Shown here piece after piece: positions 9,252-18,482 of a DNA stretch of 64,000 bases; position 1 is the stretch's first letter; the number at the start of each line of letters is the position of its first letter. The notes beneath the pieces are model-generated. The model ran no database searches, was not told where the DNA came from, and saw only the letters and a program-made list of their open reading frames with translations. The DNA is from Bacillota bacterium (GTDB lineage: Bacteria; Bacillota; Clostridia; Christensenellales; CAG-138), in contig JAEWCL010000026.1 in assembly GCA_023390655.1 (NCBI GenBank), positions 60,763 through 124,762 of the forward strand, written 5' to 3'. A program made the position numbers and the translations under genes.

Positions 9252-9941
9252 CTAGCACTCTAGGAGGAGTTTGGGCGCAAATCCGATGTGATCGGCGGAC
9301 ACGAGCATGTACTCCACGCCGTTTCTCACACCCTCAAACCCGCTGCGGCAGCTCCTGCCATGCAGGTGCCCATACACCGCAAGCCTGATGTTTGCGCGCT
9401 CGAGCGCCTCAGAAAACCCCGAGGGTGTACGGTTTTCATTAAACGGCGGATAGTGCAGCATTGCAATGCGCACGCCCCCCTTGGGCAGCGTTGCGAGGGA
9501 GAGACCCAGGCGCATCACTTCACGCTCATAAATCTTCTGGTCTTCCGGCAAAAAATTCATGCTGCCGGGGCAGGTCCATCCCCTTGTGCCCGCAACGTGG
9601 ACATTCCCAAACGAAGCGCAATCATTTTGAAGCACATGCATGCCCTTGGGCAGCGCCGCGCGCACCTGCGTGACGGAATTCCACCAATAGTCGTGGTTAC
9701 CGCGGATCATCACCTTGGTGCCGGGAAGTGCCGATACAAAGGCCATATCTACAAGCGCGTCCTTTAAATGCATCGCCCAGCTGAAATCCCCGGGCAGCAA
9801 CACAAGGTCTTCCTCCCCAACCAGGGAGCGCCACTCCTCGGCGATGTGCTGCGCATGGTTCTCCCAAGCCGGGCCAAAGATATCCATAGGTTTGTCTACC
9901 GCACCGGACAAATGCAGATCCCCGATTGCAAACACCTTCAT
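9252..9941 (-). CDS. calcineurin-like metallophosphoesterase
   Basis: Motifs GDLH, PGDFSW and GNHDYWW. The start is placed at MKVFAIGDLH (M11 of the track ORF). Confidence 0.75.
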   Translation of the reverse strand: MKVFAIGDLHLSGAVDKPMDIFGPAWENHAQHIAEEWRSLVGEEDLVLLPGDFSWAMHLKDALVDMAFVSALPGTKVMIRGNHDYWWNSVTQVRAALPKGMHVLQNDCASFGNVHVAGTRGWTCPGSMNFLPEDQKIYEREVMRLGLSLATLPKGGVRIAMLHYPPFNENRTPSGFSEALERANIRLAVYGHLHGRSCRSGFEGVRNGVEYMLVSADHIGFAPKLLLEC

Positions 9942-10119
9942 ATGCCTTCTTCTCCTTTGCACTATTCCCAATCGAACGGACAGCAGTTGTCCACGGCTAA
10001 GGAAAATAGTATTTACGACTCCGCTGTGAGAAAATGAATGAACTGCGGATTCGTATGACAGGCGGGAAAGCGCATCGGGGCGCTAATCATCCGACCATGG
10101 CGGTAAGAAAGGACAAGGA

Positions 10120-10536
10120 TCAATCCTCGTCCTCTTCGTCTTCATCGTCATCCCCCTCAATCAGGCTAAGGGGCAGGGTATCGTCTTCGTCCATATCGTC
10201 TTCGCCGAATTCCTTATGCATTTCCTGCAAATCCTCGCTCGGAATATCCGCAGAAATCGGTACGTCGATTTCATCCAGTTGGTTCATGTCCATTGCAATG
10301 GGCGTGGGCTGCTCCATGAGCGTTTCCATCTTTTCACGCCTTCTGCGCTCGCTCAGGCAATACCCGCAAAGCTCCTGCCCCGCAAGGGCGGTATTTTCCC
10401 CGCACTCGATACACAAGTTCTGCAGGTCCTCATTATCGTCCGCTTCGCCCTTCATCTGGCGGCGGCAGACGGCGCAATACTTTTCGTCGTCACGAATGTA
10501 ATTCAACTCGCATTTCGGGCATTTGTGCAGGCCCAT
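10120..10536 (-). CDS. small zinc-ribbon protein with a poly-acidic C-terminal tail, function unknown
   Basis: The start at MGLHKCPKCE is preceded by GGAGG. It has four CxxC pairs (CPKC, CAVC, CIEC, CGYC). The C-terminal ~60 aa are D/E-rich and end in DDDEDEEDED. Confidence 0.6.
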   Translation of the reverse strand: MGLHKCPKCELNYIRDDEKYCAVCRRQMKGEADDNEDLQNLCIECGENTALAGQELCGYCLSERRRREKMETLMEQPTPIAMDMNQLDEIDVPISADIPSEDLQEMHKEFGEDDMDEDDTLPLSLIEGDDDEDEEDED

Positions 10537-10685
10537 GCTTACAATCCTCCATTCCGGTTTACACGCTTGACGCAATCGTGGTTGCGCGTTTTTTTTCGCG
10601 CAACCCCTCTCCGCTTCAAACCCTATCCTATTATGCGAAAGGCAACCCCTTGTGTCAAGCGCTTCCCCTCTCCAAAGTAAAATAT

Positions 10686-11300
10686 TTATGATATATATGC
10701 CGCCTCGGCGTCGGCAAGTACCTGTCCCATCCGAAAAAGCAGCAAATCCCTTCCGGACGCATCCTCTGAAGAGTAGGGAATGGCAGCGGGCGGCGCGCCT
10801 AAGAGCCTTGCCGCCGCGTTTGCGGCCTGCTGGCGCTTGGAGCGCGCAAGCTTATCCGCCTTTGTGGCAACAAGGGTAAACGGTACGCCGTAATAGAGCA
10901 TCCACTGGAACATCTGCCGGTCCTCGGCAGTGGGCGCATGGCGGATGTCGATGAGCAAAAACAGGTGCGTCACCCTTCCGGAGGAAAGGTAGCCTTCCAT
11001 CAGCGCGCCCCAAGCTTCCTTTTGCTCCTTGGGGGCCTTTGCAAATCCGTAGCCAGGCAGGTCCACCAGATAAAACGAGCGGTTGATCAAAAAGAAATTA
11101 ATGAGCCTCGTCTTTCCGGGACTTTGAGACGTCTTTGCAAGCTTATAATTGTTGCACAGGGAATTGATAAGCGAGGATTTCCCCACGTTGGATTTGCCGA
11201 CAATGGCAATTTCCGCCACGCGCTTTTCCGGGTATCCGTTTTCTCCCGCAACGCTCGTGACAAATTCCGCCTGTTTGATGAGGAACTGTTCTTCGCTCAT
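10686..11300 (-). CDS. engB: ribosome biogenesis GTPase YsxC/EngB
   Basis: G1 motif GKSNVGKSSLIN, plus DLPGYG and KADK motifs. It lies immediately after lon, as in Bacillus lonB-lonA-ysxC. The start is uncertain (11300 or 11327). Confidence 0.85.
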   Translation of the reverse strand: MSEEQFLIKQAEFVTSVAGENGYPEKRVAEIAIVGKSNVGKSSLINSLCNNYKLAKTSQSPGKTRLINFFLINRSFYLVDLPGYGFAKAPKEQKEAWGALMEGYLSSGRVTHLFLLIDIRHAPTAEDRQMFQWMLYYGVPFTLVATKADKLARSKRQQAANAAARLLGAPPAAIPYSSEDASGRDLLLFRMGQVLADAEAAYIS

Positions 11301-13684
11301 GCGCGTACCCCCGTCTGATTGTTCCACTCAGGCTGCGCCGCCTGGTACAGCGCGTCTTCCCCTGTGGGCGCTTCCCGCTTTGGCATCCGTTCGAGTGCCG
11401 CATGGAACACTTCATCCAGCGTCTCTACAAATACAAACTCCAGCGCTTTTTTCGCGCTTTCGGGAACTTCTTCAATATCCTTGCGGTTGTCCTTGGGCAG
11501 CATGACGCGCGTAATGCCCGCGCGAAGCGCCGCAAGCGATTTTTCACGTACGCCGCCAATCGGCAGCACCCGCCCGCGAAGGGTGATTTCGCCGGTCATA
11601 GCGATATCCGCCCGGACGGGGATTTTTGCGAGCGCACTCAAAATTGCGGTTGCCATCGTCACGCCCGCGCTCGGTCCGTCCTTTGGCACCGCACCCTGCG
11701 GCACATGCAGGTGGACGTCAAGCTTTAAAAGCTTCTCAGGATCAAGCCCCCACTCTTTTGCATGCGCGCGCACATAGGTCATGGCGGCGCGGCCGGATTC
11801 CTGCATGACTTCCCCCAAGTGCCCCGTCAGCTGGACAGCGCCGCTGCCCGCGGTCACCGCCGCCTCAATGCTGAGCGTTTCCCCGCCGACCGGCGTCCAC
11901 GCAAGGCCGGTCACAACGCCGACCTCATTCCGCTCACGGGTCTCCTCATCACGGTAACGCGGCTGGCCCAGGTATTCTTTGAGCTTTTCCGCACTCATAT
12001 TCACTCGCTTCTGCCCGTTTGCGATCTGGCAGGCCGCCTTGCGGCATACGGCGCCCAGCACGCGTTCGAGTTCACGCACGCCGGATTCCCGCGTATACCC
12101 GCTGATGATGGCTGCAATCTGCCCGTCCGTGATGCGAAGGTTCCCCTTCTTCATCCCGTGCGCCTCCAGCTGGCGGGGCAGCAGGTGGCGTTTTGCGATC
12201 TCAAGCTTTTCTTCCGCGAGATAACTTTCCACATGGATGACCTCCATACGGTCTAGGAGCGGCTTGGGGATATTGTTTTCATCATTCGCCGTCGTCAGCA
12301 GCATCGCCCCGGAAAGATCGTACGGCAGTTCCAGGAAATGATCCCGGAACGCAAAATTCTGTGCGCCATCCAATACCTCAAGCATGGCGGACGCCGGGTC
12401 TCCCCGGTAATCGGACGCCAATTTATCGATTTCATCAAACAACAGTACGGGATTTTTTGCCCCCGCCTGCCGCATGGCGGAAATGATCCTGCCGGGCAAT
12501 GCGCCGATATAGGTGCGCCTGTGGCCGCGGATTTCGGCTTCATCCCGGATGCCGCCAAGGCTCATGCGCACGAATTTGCGCCCCATGGCCTCTGCGATGG
12601 AGGCGACGATGGAGGTCTTGCCTACGCCTGGCGGGCCGACAAAGCACAATATCTGCCCGTTGGGCTTTCCGGTAAGCTTCTGTACGGCAAGGTATTCCAC
12701 AATCCTGTCCTTAACCTTTTCCATGCCGTAATGATTCAGGTCAAGCACCTTTCGCGCGTGAACAAGGTCAAGATCGTCCTTCGTCTGCTCGTTCCATGGG
12801 AGGTCCAGCAGCAGCTCGATATAGCTGCGCGCCATGGGCGTTTCGTGGGACCCAGTGGGCAGGCTTTCAAACCGCACGATTTCTTTTTTAAGCCGCTCCT
12901 CCACAGCGGGAGGATAGCTTTTCTGTTCCATGCGCTTGAAAAACCCTTCGGTTTCGCTTGCACCGTCTTCTCCAAGCTCGCGCCGGATGACGCGCAGCTT
13001 TTCCCTCAGATAGTGCTCTTTCTGTGTCTTTTCAATTTCTTCCTGAAGCTTCGTGTTGATCTCCGCATCAAGGCGTAGCACGCCAAGCTCCTTATAAAGA
13101 AGCGTGGCGAGCAGCATCAGCCGGTTCTCTACATTTGCTTCCTCCAGGATGCGCTGGCGCCGGGAAGCGTCCGTAAGCACCAGTGCCGCTACGGAATCCA
13201 CATACTCGCCCGGTTCCTCAATGGCCTCCATGGCGTTCTTCTGGCTGGACGTCAGCTTTGCGTTGAGCTTTGCGTATTCTTCAAAGCTTTCGTGCACGCG
13301 TCTTCTGAGCGCTTCGACCGCTTCGGGCCTGCCGGGAATATCCGGCCTTTCCTGTACGCTCGCTTCAAAATAGGGGTCTTCGGATGTAATCGCCTTGATA
13401 TCCGCACGGGAAATTCCCGTCAGCAACATATGGATGCCATCCCCCTGGATGCGGAAGACCTGCTTGATCCGCGCGATCGTTCCGGTACCTTCCAGATCGC
13501 TTGGCTCCGGCTCGGCCTCCTGCGCATCCTTCTGCGCGACGAACAGCGCAATGCCGTCCCCGGAAGCGGCGGCCTGGATCGCCAGGAGCGTCTTTTTGCG
13601 CCCTGCGTCGCAGTGCACCACCTCGCCTGGCAGGACGACCATGCCGCGCAGCGGGATTACAGGCAGTGTTTGTAACATATGCAT
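11297..13684 (-). CDS. lon: ATP-dependent protease La (LonA type)
   Basis: 795 aa. It has the Lon N-domain, Walker A GPPGVGKTS, and the protease Ser segment DGPSAGVTMATA. Confidence 0.93.
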   Translation of the reverse strand: MHMLQTLPVIPLRGMVVLPGEVVHCDAGRKKTLLAIQAAASGDGIALFVAQKDAQEAEPEPSDLEGTGTIARIKQVFRIQGDGIHMLLTGISRADIKAITSEDPYFEASVQERPDIPGRPEAVEALRRRVHESFEEYAKLNAKLTSSQKNAMEAIEEPGEYVDSVAALVLTDASRRQRILEEANVENRLMLLATLLYKELGVLRLDAEINTKLQEEIEKTQKEHYLREKLRVIRRELGEDGASETEGFFKRMEQKSYPPAVEERLKKEIVRFESLPTGSHETPMARSYIELLLDLPWNEQTKDDLDLVHARKVLDLNHYGMEKVKDRIVEYLAVQKLTGKPNGQILCFVGPPGVGKTSIVASIAEAMGRKFVRMSLGGIRDEAEIRGHRRTYIGALPGRIISAMRQAGAKNPVLLFDEIDKLASDYRGDPASAMLEVLDGAQNFAFRDHFLELPYDLSGAMLLTTANDENNIPKPLLDRMEVIHVESYLAEEKLEIAKRHLLPRQLEAHGMKKGNLRITDGQIAAIISGYTRESGVRELERVLGAVCRKAACQIANGQKRVNMSAEKLKEYLGQPRYRDEETRERNEVGVVTGLAWTPVGGETLSIEAAVTAGSGAVQLTGHLGEVMQESGRAAMTYVRAHAKEWGLDPEKLLKLDVHLHVPQGAVPKDGPSAGVTMATAILSALAKIPVRADIAMTGEITLRGRVLPIGGVREKSLAALRAGITRVMLPKDNRKDIEEVPESAKKALEFVFVETLDEVFHAALERMPKREAPTGEDALYQAAQPEWNNQTGVRA

Positions 13685-13699
13685 TCACCTCGTGTACAC

Positions 13700-13728
13700 A
13701 TTATAACGGCTACCCAAGGGAATGACAA
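13700..13728 (-). promoter_or_regulatory. putative sigma-A promoter of lon (TTGTCA-17-TATAAT)
   Basis: On the minus strand, TTGTCA (13728-13723) is followed by an exact 17-nt spacer and TATAAT (13705-13700), about 15 nt upstream of the lon ATG region. Confidence 0.5.
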
Positions 13729-13776
13729 GTTGCCCAGCGGAATGGAAAAACCCGCCGGTTGCAGGCAGGAGACCCG

Positions 13777-15513
13777 CTAAATCTCGTGCGCGGAGACCGT
13801 TGCATGCTCTCCGTTAGAGGCGCAGCCGGCAGCGGAGAGCTGCTCTTGCTTCACGGGACGCGCCGGTTCGCGGGATGCAAAGGGCGTTTCCGCCTGCTCC
13901 GGGAACGCGTAGGAAACGGCCTCCCGTATGGTCTCCACCGGGATGACCTCCACCTGAAATTCCGAAAAGCTATCCTCCCAGTTTGCAAGCGGAATCAGCA
14001 CCTGTGTTGCGCCCGCCGCCTGCGCCGCCATAATCTTTTCACGCACGCCGCCTACGGGGCGTACCTCGCCTGAAATCGTCACCTCGCCGGTGGACGCAAG
14101 CGTATGGCACGCGGGCTCTCCTTTATACGCGCTCAAAAGTGCTATAAAGAGCGCCACGCCCGCGCTCGGGCCGTCCACAGGGATACCGCCCGGGATGTTG
14201 AACTGCACATCGAACCTGGATGCATCCGTTTGCGCGTAGCGCGAAAGCGCGATGACCACATTTTCTACAGAGCCGCGGGCCGTGCTTTTGCGCTTGAGCC
14301 TGCGGTCCCTGAAATTGAGTTCTTCTTCCTCCACGATGCCGTTCATCGTGAGCGAACCGCGCCCGCCGGTTGCCTTTGCTGCGGCGCACTCTATTTCAAG
14401 CACCATGCCCTGCCCCGCCCCCGCTACCGCAAGGGCGTTCGCAGTACCCACGCGGGGTCCCTTTGGCATGTGGCATTCCATACGCGGCGTATAGTTGCAG
14501 ATGCGCGCTACCCATTCCACATCCTCCCGCGTGACCAGCGCGCGTTGTTCATCATGCGCGATGCCGCAGGCAAGCTGTACGATGTTGACGACATCCCGCC
14601 CGCTCTGCGCATAGAGTGCGGCGTGATAGAGCGCCTCTTCTCCCAAGCTATAGCCCGCGCGCAATGCCGCGCCCTTGGCGACCTGTTCGAGTTCCTTTTG
14701 CCCAAGGGGTTTAAAGAAAAGCTCCAGGCAGCGGGACCGGAGAGCCGGCGGCATCTCCTCCGGCCTTCTTGTGGTAGCGCCCACCAGCCGGAAGTCCGCA
14801 GGAAGGCCATGCTGAAAAATATCATGAATGTGCTGCGGGATGCTCGCATTGTCCGGTGAGTAATAGGCGCTGTCAAATTTGACATACCGGTCTTCAAGGA
14901 CCTTTAACAGCTTATTCATCTGCATGGGGTGCAGTTCACCGATTTCATCCAAAAATAAAATGCCGCAGTGCGCACGCGTCACAGCGCCCGGCTTGGGCTG
15001 CGGCACGCCCTGCGCGCCCAATGTCCCCGCGCCCTGGTAAATAGGATCGTGCACGGAGCCGATGAGCGGGTCGGCAATCGCGCGCTCATCAAAGCGCACA
15101 CAGGTCGCATCCAGCTCCACAAACGCGGATTCCGCGTTGAACGGAGAATCCGACCGTTTTTTTGCCTCCTCCAGCACAAGGCGCGCCGCGCATGTTTTGC
15201 CGATCCCCGGCGGGCCATAGAGCAGCACATGCTGCGGATTCGGGCCGCACAGCGCGGCTTTGAGCGCGCGGATGCCCTCCTCCTGCCCGATGATGTCCTC
15301 AAAGCGTTCCGGACGCGTCATCTCGGAAAGCGGTATATTGAGCCTGCGCGCGCGCATCCGCGCGAGCCGCTGGAGCTCCTGCACGTTTTGCTTGGGCTTT
15401 ATCATCACAGCCTGCGGCTGCTGGCGCCGCCTGTTGCGCAAATAGATCACCAGGGAAATGCCGCCGATGATCACAAGTTGTATTAAAATGTAAGTTGGCC
15501 AGTCCATATACAT
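13777..15513 (-). CDS. lonB: LonB-type membrane-anchored ATP-dependent protease
   Basis: 578 aa with an N-terminal TM (YILIQLVIIGGISLVIYL), Walker A GPPGIGKT and protease segment DGPSAGVALFIALLSA. It sits upstream of lon as in Bacillus. Confidence 0.8.
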   Translation of the reverse strand: MYMDWPTYILIQLVIIGGISLVIYLRNRRRQQPQAVMIKPKQNVQELQRLARMRARRLNIPLSEMTRPERFEDIIGQEEGIRALKAALCGPNPQHVLLYGPPGIGKTCAARLVLEEAKKRSDSPFNAESAFVELDATCVRFDERAIADPLIGSVHDPIYQGAGTLGAQGVPQPKPGAVTRAHCGILFLDEIGELHPMQMNKLLKVLEDRYVKFDSAYYSPDNASIPQHIHDIFQHGLPADFRLVGATTRRPEEMPPALRSRCLELFFKPLGQKELEQVAKGAALRAGYSLGEEALYHAALYAQSGRDVVNIVQLACGIAHDEQRALVTREDVEWVARICNYTPRMECHMPKGPRVGTANALAVAGAGQGMVLEIECAAAKATGGRGSLTMNGIVEEEELNFRDRRLKRKSTARGSVENVVIALSRYAQTDASRFDVQFNIPGGIPVDGPSAGVALFIALLSAYKGEPACHTLASTGEVTISGEVRPVGGVREKIMAAQAAGATQVLIPLANWEDSFSEFQVEVIPVETIREAVSYAFPEQAETPFASREPARPVKQEQLSAAGCASNGEHATVSAHEI

Positions 15514-15634
15514 ACCTCCGCATATACCAATGAAAAACAGGAACGCCGCGACGATGCATTCATGTATGGAATTGGTATTACGTAGTATGCGCGTGAGGCT
15601 GTGAACTCATGAAATGTGAAAACTGGAAAACCTG

Positions 15635-15667
15635 CAAAAAACAAACGCAGGCAAATTTGCCTGCGTT
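15635..15667 (-). terminator. intrinsic terminator after the ahpF-homolog gene
   Basis: The minus strand reads ACGCAGGCAAATTTGCCTGCGT followed by TTGTTTTTT. Confidence 0.7.
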
Positions 15668-15691
15668 ATGCATAAAAAGCCGTTTTTGTGC

Positions 15692-17311
15692 TTATGCCGA
15701 AATGATCTCCAGCAGTTCCTCAATGCTCTTTTTACCGAATACCAGTTCCTGATCATTGATAACAATGGCGGGTACGCTCAATATGGAATGGCGGCTCTTA
15801 AAGTCCGGATAGCGCGCCACATCGATCATTTCGGCCTCGATGTTCCGGTTTTTGAGCGCCATCAGCTGGGCAGCCGTCACCACGCCCGGGCAGAGCGTGC
15901 ACGAAAGCGTCGCACCGATTTTGATATTGACCGGCTGTTTCACCGCCTTGATCCGTTGCAGCGTTTCCTCGCCGACATCCTGCCCCGGCCCAGCCGCGTT
16001 GTAGAGCGCGAGCACAAAGGAGTTGATTTCATGCCCGCCCGGCACGCCGTGGAACTGTACGCCAAGATAAGCGCCGTCTTCATCGAGCAGGGCAAACGTT
16101 GGGAACAGAGTGGCGTTGACGGCCCGTTCCGCTTCCGGATCCTCCCCTTGCCGGAGAATTTCGATCCCCACGCGGTCCGTCATCCCGGCGAACTCCTGCA
16201 GGAAACTTTCCATTTCCAAACTCAAATCATCCTGTCCTAGAATGGCGCGGATATTCACCCTGCGTTCAAACCGTCCCAGTATGGGGATGAGCTGCTCTTT
16301 GAGCGCTTCGTCAAAGAACGCTTCATGTACATTCGCCGTCTTCGGCTCGTCTTGTTCATGTAGCCCCAGCTGTGCTTTCTTTTCTTCAATGTACCTTTCC
16401 GCAGCGGTTGCGGCAATCGCTCCGTCGGATACAGCGGTCACAAGCTGCCGGAGAATCTTCGGGCGGACATCGCCCGCGGCGTATACGCCCGGGACGTTTG
16501 TCATCATATTGTCGTCGGTGGGGATATAGCCGCCCGCATCCAGTGTGATCTCCTCGCGGTACGGGCCGCTCTGGGGCATATAGCCCACGAACACGAACAC
16601 GCCAAATGTCGTGTCCCCGTCCTTGACATCGTAACGCGACGTCTCCCCGGTCTGGTTGTTGATGAAGCGGGCATACTGCAATACGTTTTCCCCGCCGACC
16701 TCAAGGAGTTCGGTATGGAACCTGACCTCGATCTTCGGGTGGCTGAGGACCTTTTCGCCGATGGTCTTGGAGCATGTAAACTCCGGTTCCCGCGCAATGA
16801 CGATGACTTTTCTTGCGTACCGCGTGAGGAAGATCGCTTCCTCCGCCGCCGCAAACCCCGCACCGATGACAAACACGTCCATACCGCTGAAAAACTCGCC
16901 GTCGCATGTGGCGCAATAGCCGATGCCGCGCCCACGGAAGGTATCCTCCCCGAGAAAGCCGAGCTTCCTTGGCTGTGCGCCCGTTGCGATGATGACGGCA
17001 AGGGCTGAAATCTCCCCTTCCGAGGTGATGATCTTTTTGATATCCCTGCGAAAATCTACGCGTTTCACTTCGGCGAATAAAAATGTCACGCCAAAATTTT
17101 CTGCCTGCTTGCGCATGGTTTCCGATAGCTCCGCACCGGACGTATGGAGGATGCCCGGGTAATTGACGACCTCCGCCGTAATCTTGATCTGCCCGCCGGG
17201 CTTATCCTGATCGATGATCAGCGTTTTGAGCTTAGAGCGTCCTGCGTAAAGTCCGGCAGTCATTCCTGCGCTGCCGGACCCAATGATTACCAAATCATAA
17301 AACTGTTCCAT
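15692..17311 (-). CDS. AhpF-homolog: thioredoxin-reductase-like flavoenzyme with C-terminal AhpF-NTD-like double thioredoxin fold
   Basis: 539 aa. The N-terminal half carries FAD motif IIGSGSAGMTAG and redox centre CATCDG. The C-terminal ~220 aa carry FHGVPGGHEINSFVLAL and a second CxxC (SCTLCPGVV). It lies directly downstream of ahpC. Confidence 0.8.
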   Translation of the reverse strand: MEQFYDLVIIGSGSAGMTAGLYAGRSKLKTLIIDQDKPGGQIKITAEVVNYPGILHTSGAELSETMRKQAENFGVTFLFAEVKRVDFRRDIKKIITSEGEISALAVIIATGAQPRKLGFLGEDTFRGRGIGYCATCDGEFFSGMDVFVIGAGFAAAEEAIFLTRYARKVIVIAREPEFTCSKTIGEKVLSHPKIEVRFHTELLEVGGENVLQYARFINNQTGETSRYDVKDGDTTFGVFVFVGYMPQSGPYREEITLDAGGYIPTDDNMMTNVPGVYAAGDVRPKILRQLVTAVSDGAIAATAAERYIEEKKAQLGLHEQDEPKTANVHEAFFDEALKEQLIPILGRFERRVNIRAILGQDDLSLEMESFLQEFAGMTDRVGIEILRQGEDPEAERAVNATLFPTFALLDEDGAYLGVQFHGVPGGHEINSFVLALYNAAGPGQDVGEETLQRIKAVKQPVNIKIGATLSCTLCPGVVTAAQLMALKNRNIEAEMIDVARYPDFKSRHSILSVPAIVINDQELVFGKKSIEELLEIISA

Positions 17312-17319
17312 ACGCCGCC

Positions 17320-17883
17320 TTACAGCTTCCCCACAAGGTCAAGGCTGGGCTTGAGGGTCTCCGCACCGGGACGCCACTTTGCGGGGCAGACCTCGTCGCC
17401 ATGCTTTGCGACAAACTGCGCCGCCTGCACCTTCCTCAAAAGCTCCGCCGCCTCGCGGCCGATGTTGTTTGCGTTGACTTCATAGGAAACGATCTTGCCC
17501 TTGGGGTCTACCACAAAGCTGCCGCGCAGCGCAAGGCCTTCTTCTTCAATGTAGACTTCAAAGTCCTCCGCGAGCTTCGCGGTGGGGTCTGCAAGCATGG
17601 GATACCGAATCTTTTTAATGGTATCCGAAACATCATGCCATGCCTTGTGGACAAAATGCGTATCCGTGGAAACGGAGTAAACCTCGCACCCGATTTCCTT
17701 GAACTGTTCGTAATGGTCTGCAAGATCCCCAAGCTCCGTGGGGCAGACAAATGTGAAATCCGCAGGGTAAAATACAAATACGGACCATTTGCCTAAAAGG
17801 TCTTCCTTGGATACATCCTTGAACTGCCCGTTCACAAACGCCTTTACGTTAAAATCGCTTACTTCCTTACCAATCAGAGACAT
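17320..17883 (-). CDS. ahpC: peroxiredoxin AhpC (typical 2-Cys)
   Basis: The start is placed at MSLIGKEVSDF (GGAGGG RBS), not the track start at 17994. Peroxidatic segment FYPADFTFVCPTE and resolving segment GDEVCPAKW. Confidence 0.9.
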   Translation of the reverse strand: MSLIGKEVSDFNVKAFVNGQFKDVSKEDLLGKWSVFVFYPADFTFVCPTELGDLADHYEQFKEIGCEVYSVSTDTHFVHKAWHDVSDTIKKIRYPMLADPTAKLAEDFEVYIEEEGLALRGSFVVDPKGKIVSYEVNANNIGREAAELLRKVQAAQFVAKHGDEVCPAKWRPGAETLKPSLDLVGKL

Positions 17884-17920
17884 GATGTTTCCCTCCGTTT
17901 TCTTTTCTCTAGTGTTTATA

Positions 17921-18340
17921 TCAACCTGCGTCCCCTGTGCGTTCCTGCGCATGGGTCCGGCAGGCACTGCACCTGCCATGAAACAGCAACTCATGCGACG
18001 TTACCGTAAATCCCGCCGCCTGAAGCAGCGCTTCATCCATCAGCCTTACCGCATGCTGCGGGACACAGTCTCCCGCGTCAAAAATTTGCCCGCAATCCGA
18101 GCAGATCATGTGGAAATGCTCGTCCGCGTTGCAATCATACCGGTCCGCCTCGCCGGAAAAGGAAAGGCGCCTGATAAGACCTCCCGCCGCCATCTCATTG
18201 AGGTTGCGGTAGACCGTACCCAGACTGATTTTGGGGTACTCCTTGCGGACCCATTCATATACTTCCAAGGCGGTAGGATGATCGAGCTGATGCAGCGCAG
18301 CTTCAATCAGCTTTTTTTGCGCGCTGAATCGTTTGTTCAT
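17921..18340 (-). CDS. perR: Fur-family peroxide-responsive repressor (PerR-like)
   Basis: 139 aa with a winged-helix N-terminus, Cys pairs CSDCG and CSAC, and a position directly upstream of ahpC. Confidence 0.7.
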   Translation of the reverse strand: MNKRFSAQKKLIEAALHQLDHPTALEVYEWVRKEYPKISLGTVYRNLNEMAAGGLIRRLSFSGEADRYDCNADEHFHMICSDCGQIFDAGDCVPQHAVRLMDEALLQAAGFTVTSHELLFHGRCSACRTHAQERTGDAG

Positions 18341-18371
18341 ACATCCGCCTCCTTATCAGTAATGATTCTTG

Positions 18372-18402
18372 TTATTATAATAAACGGATTCCCGGATGTG
18401 AA
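18372..18402 (-). promoter_or_regulatory. putative perR promoter (TTCACA-17-TATAAT) overlapped by a 12-nt perfect palindrome TTATTATAATAA (Per/Fur-box-like)
   Basis: On the minus strand, TTCACA (18402-18397) is followed by a 17-nt spacer and TATAAT (18379-18374). The palindrome at 18372-18383 covers the -10 element. Confidence 0.5.
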
Positions 18403-18454
18403 CCGCCGGGGCGACTCTTTTCTTGAAGGAATCTGTTGCCAACGGCTAATAAGC

Positions 18455-18482
18455 AAAAAAAGAGGCTTCTCGGCCTCTTTCT
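18455..18482 (-). terminator. intrinsic terminator (hairpin AGAGGC/GCCTCT plus T-run on the minus strand)
   Basis: The minus strand reads AGAAAGAGGCCGAGAAGCCTCTTTTTTT. It lies 230 nt downstream of the hydrolase gene stop. Confidence 0.65.

Noticed and set aside
10034-10501. 155-aa plus-strand ORF with a poly-Ser run
   Set aside because: The Ser run is simply the complement of the GAx/GAy acidic-tail codons of the minus-strand zinc-ribbon gene. That gene has the RBS and structured CxxC motifs.
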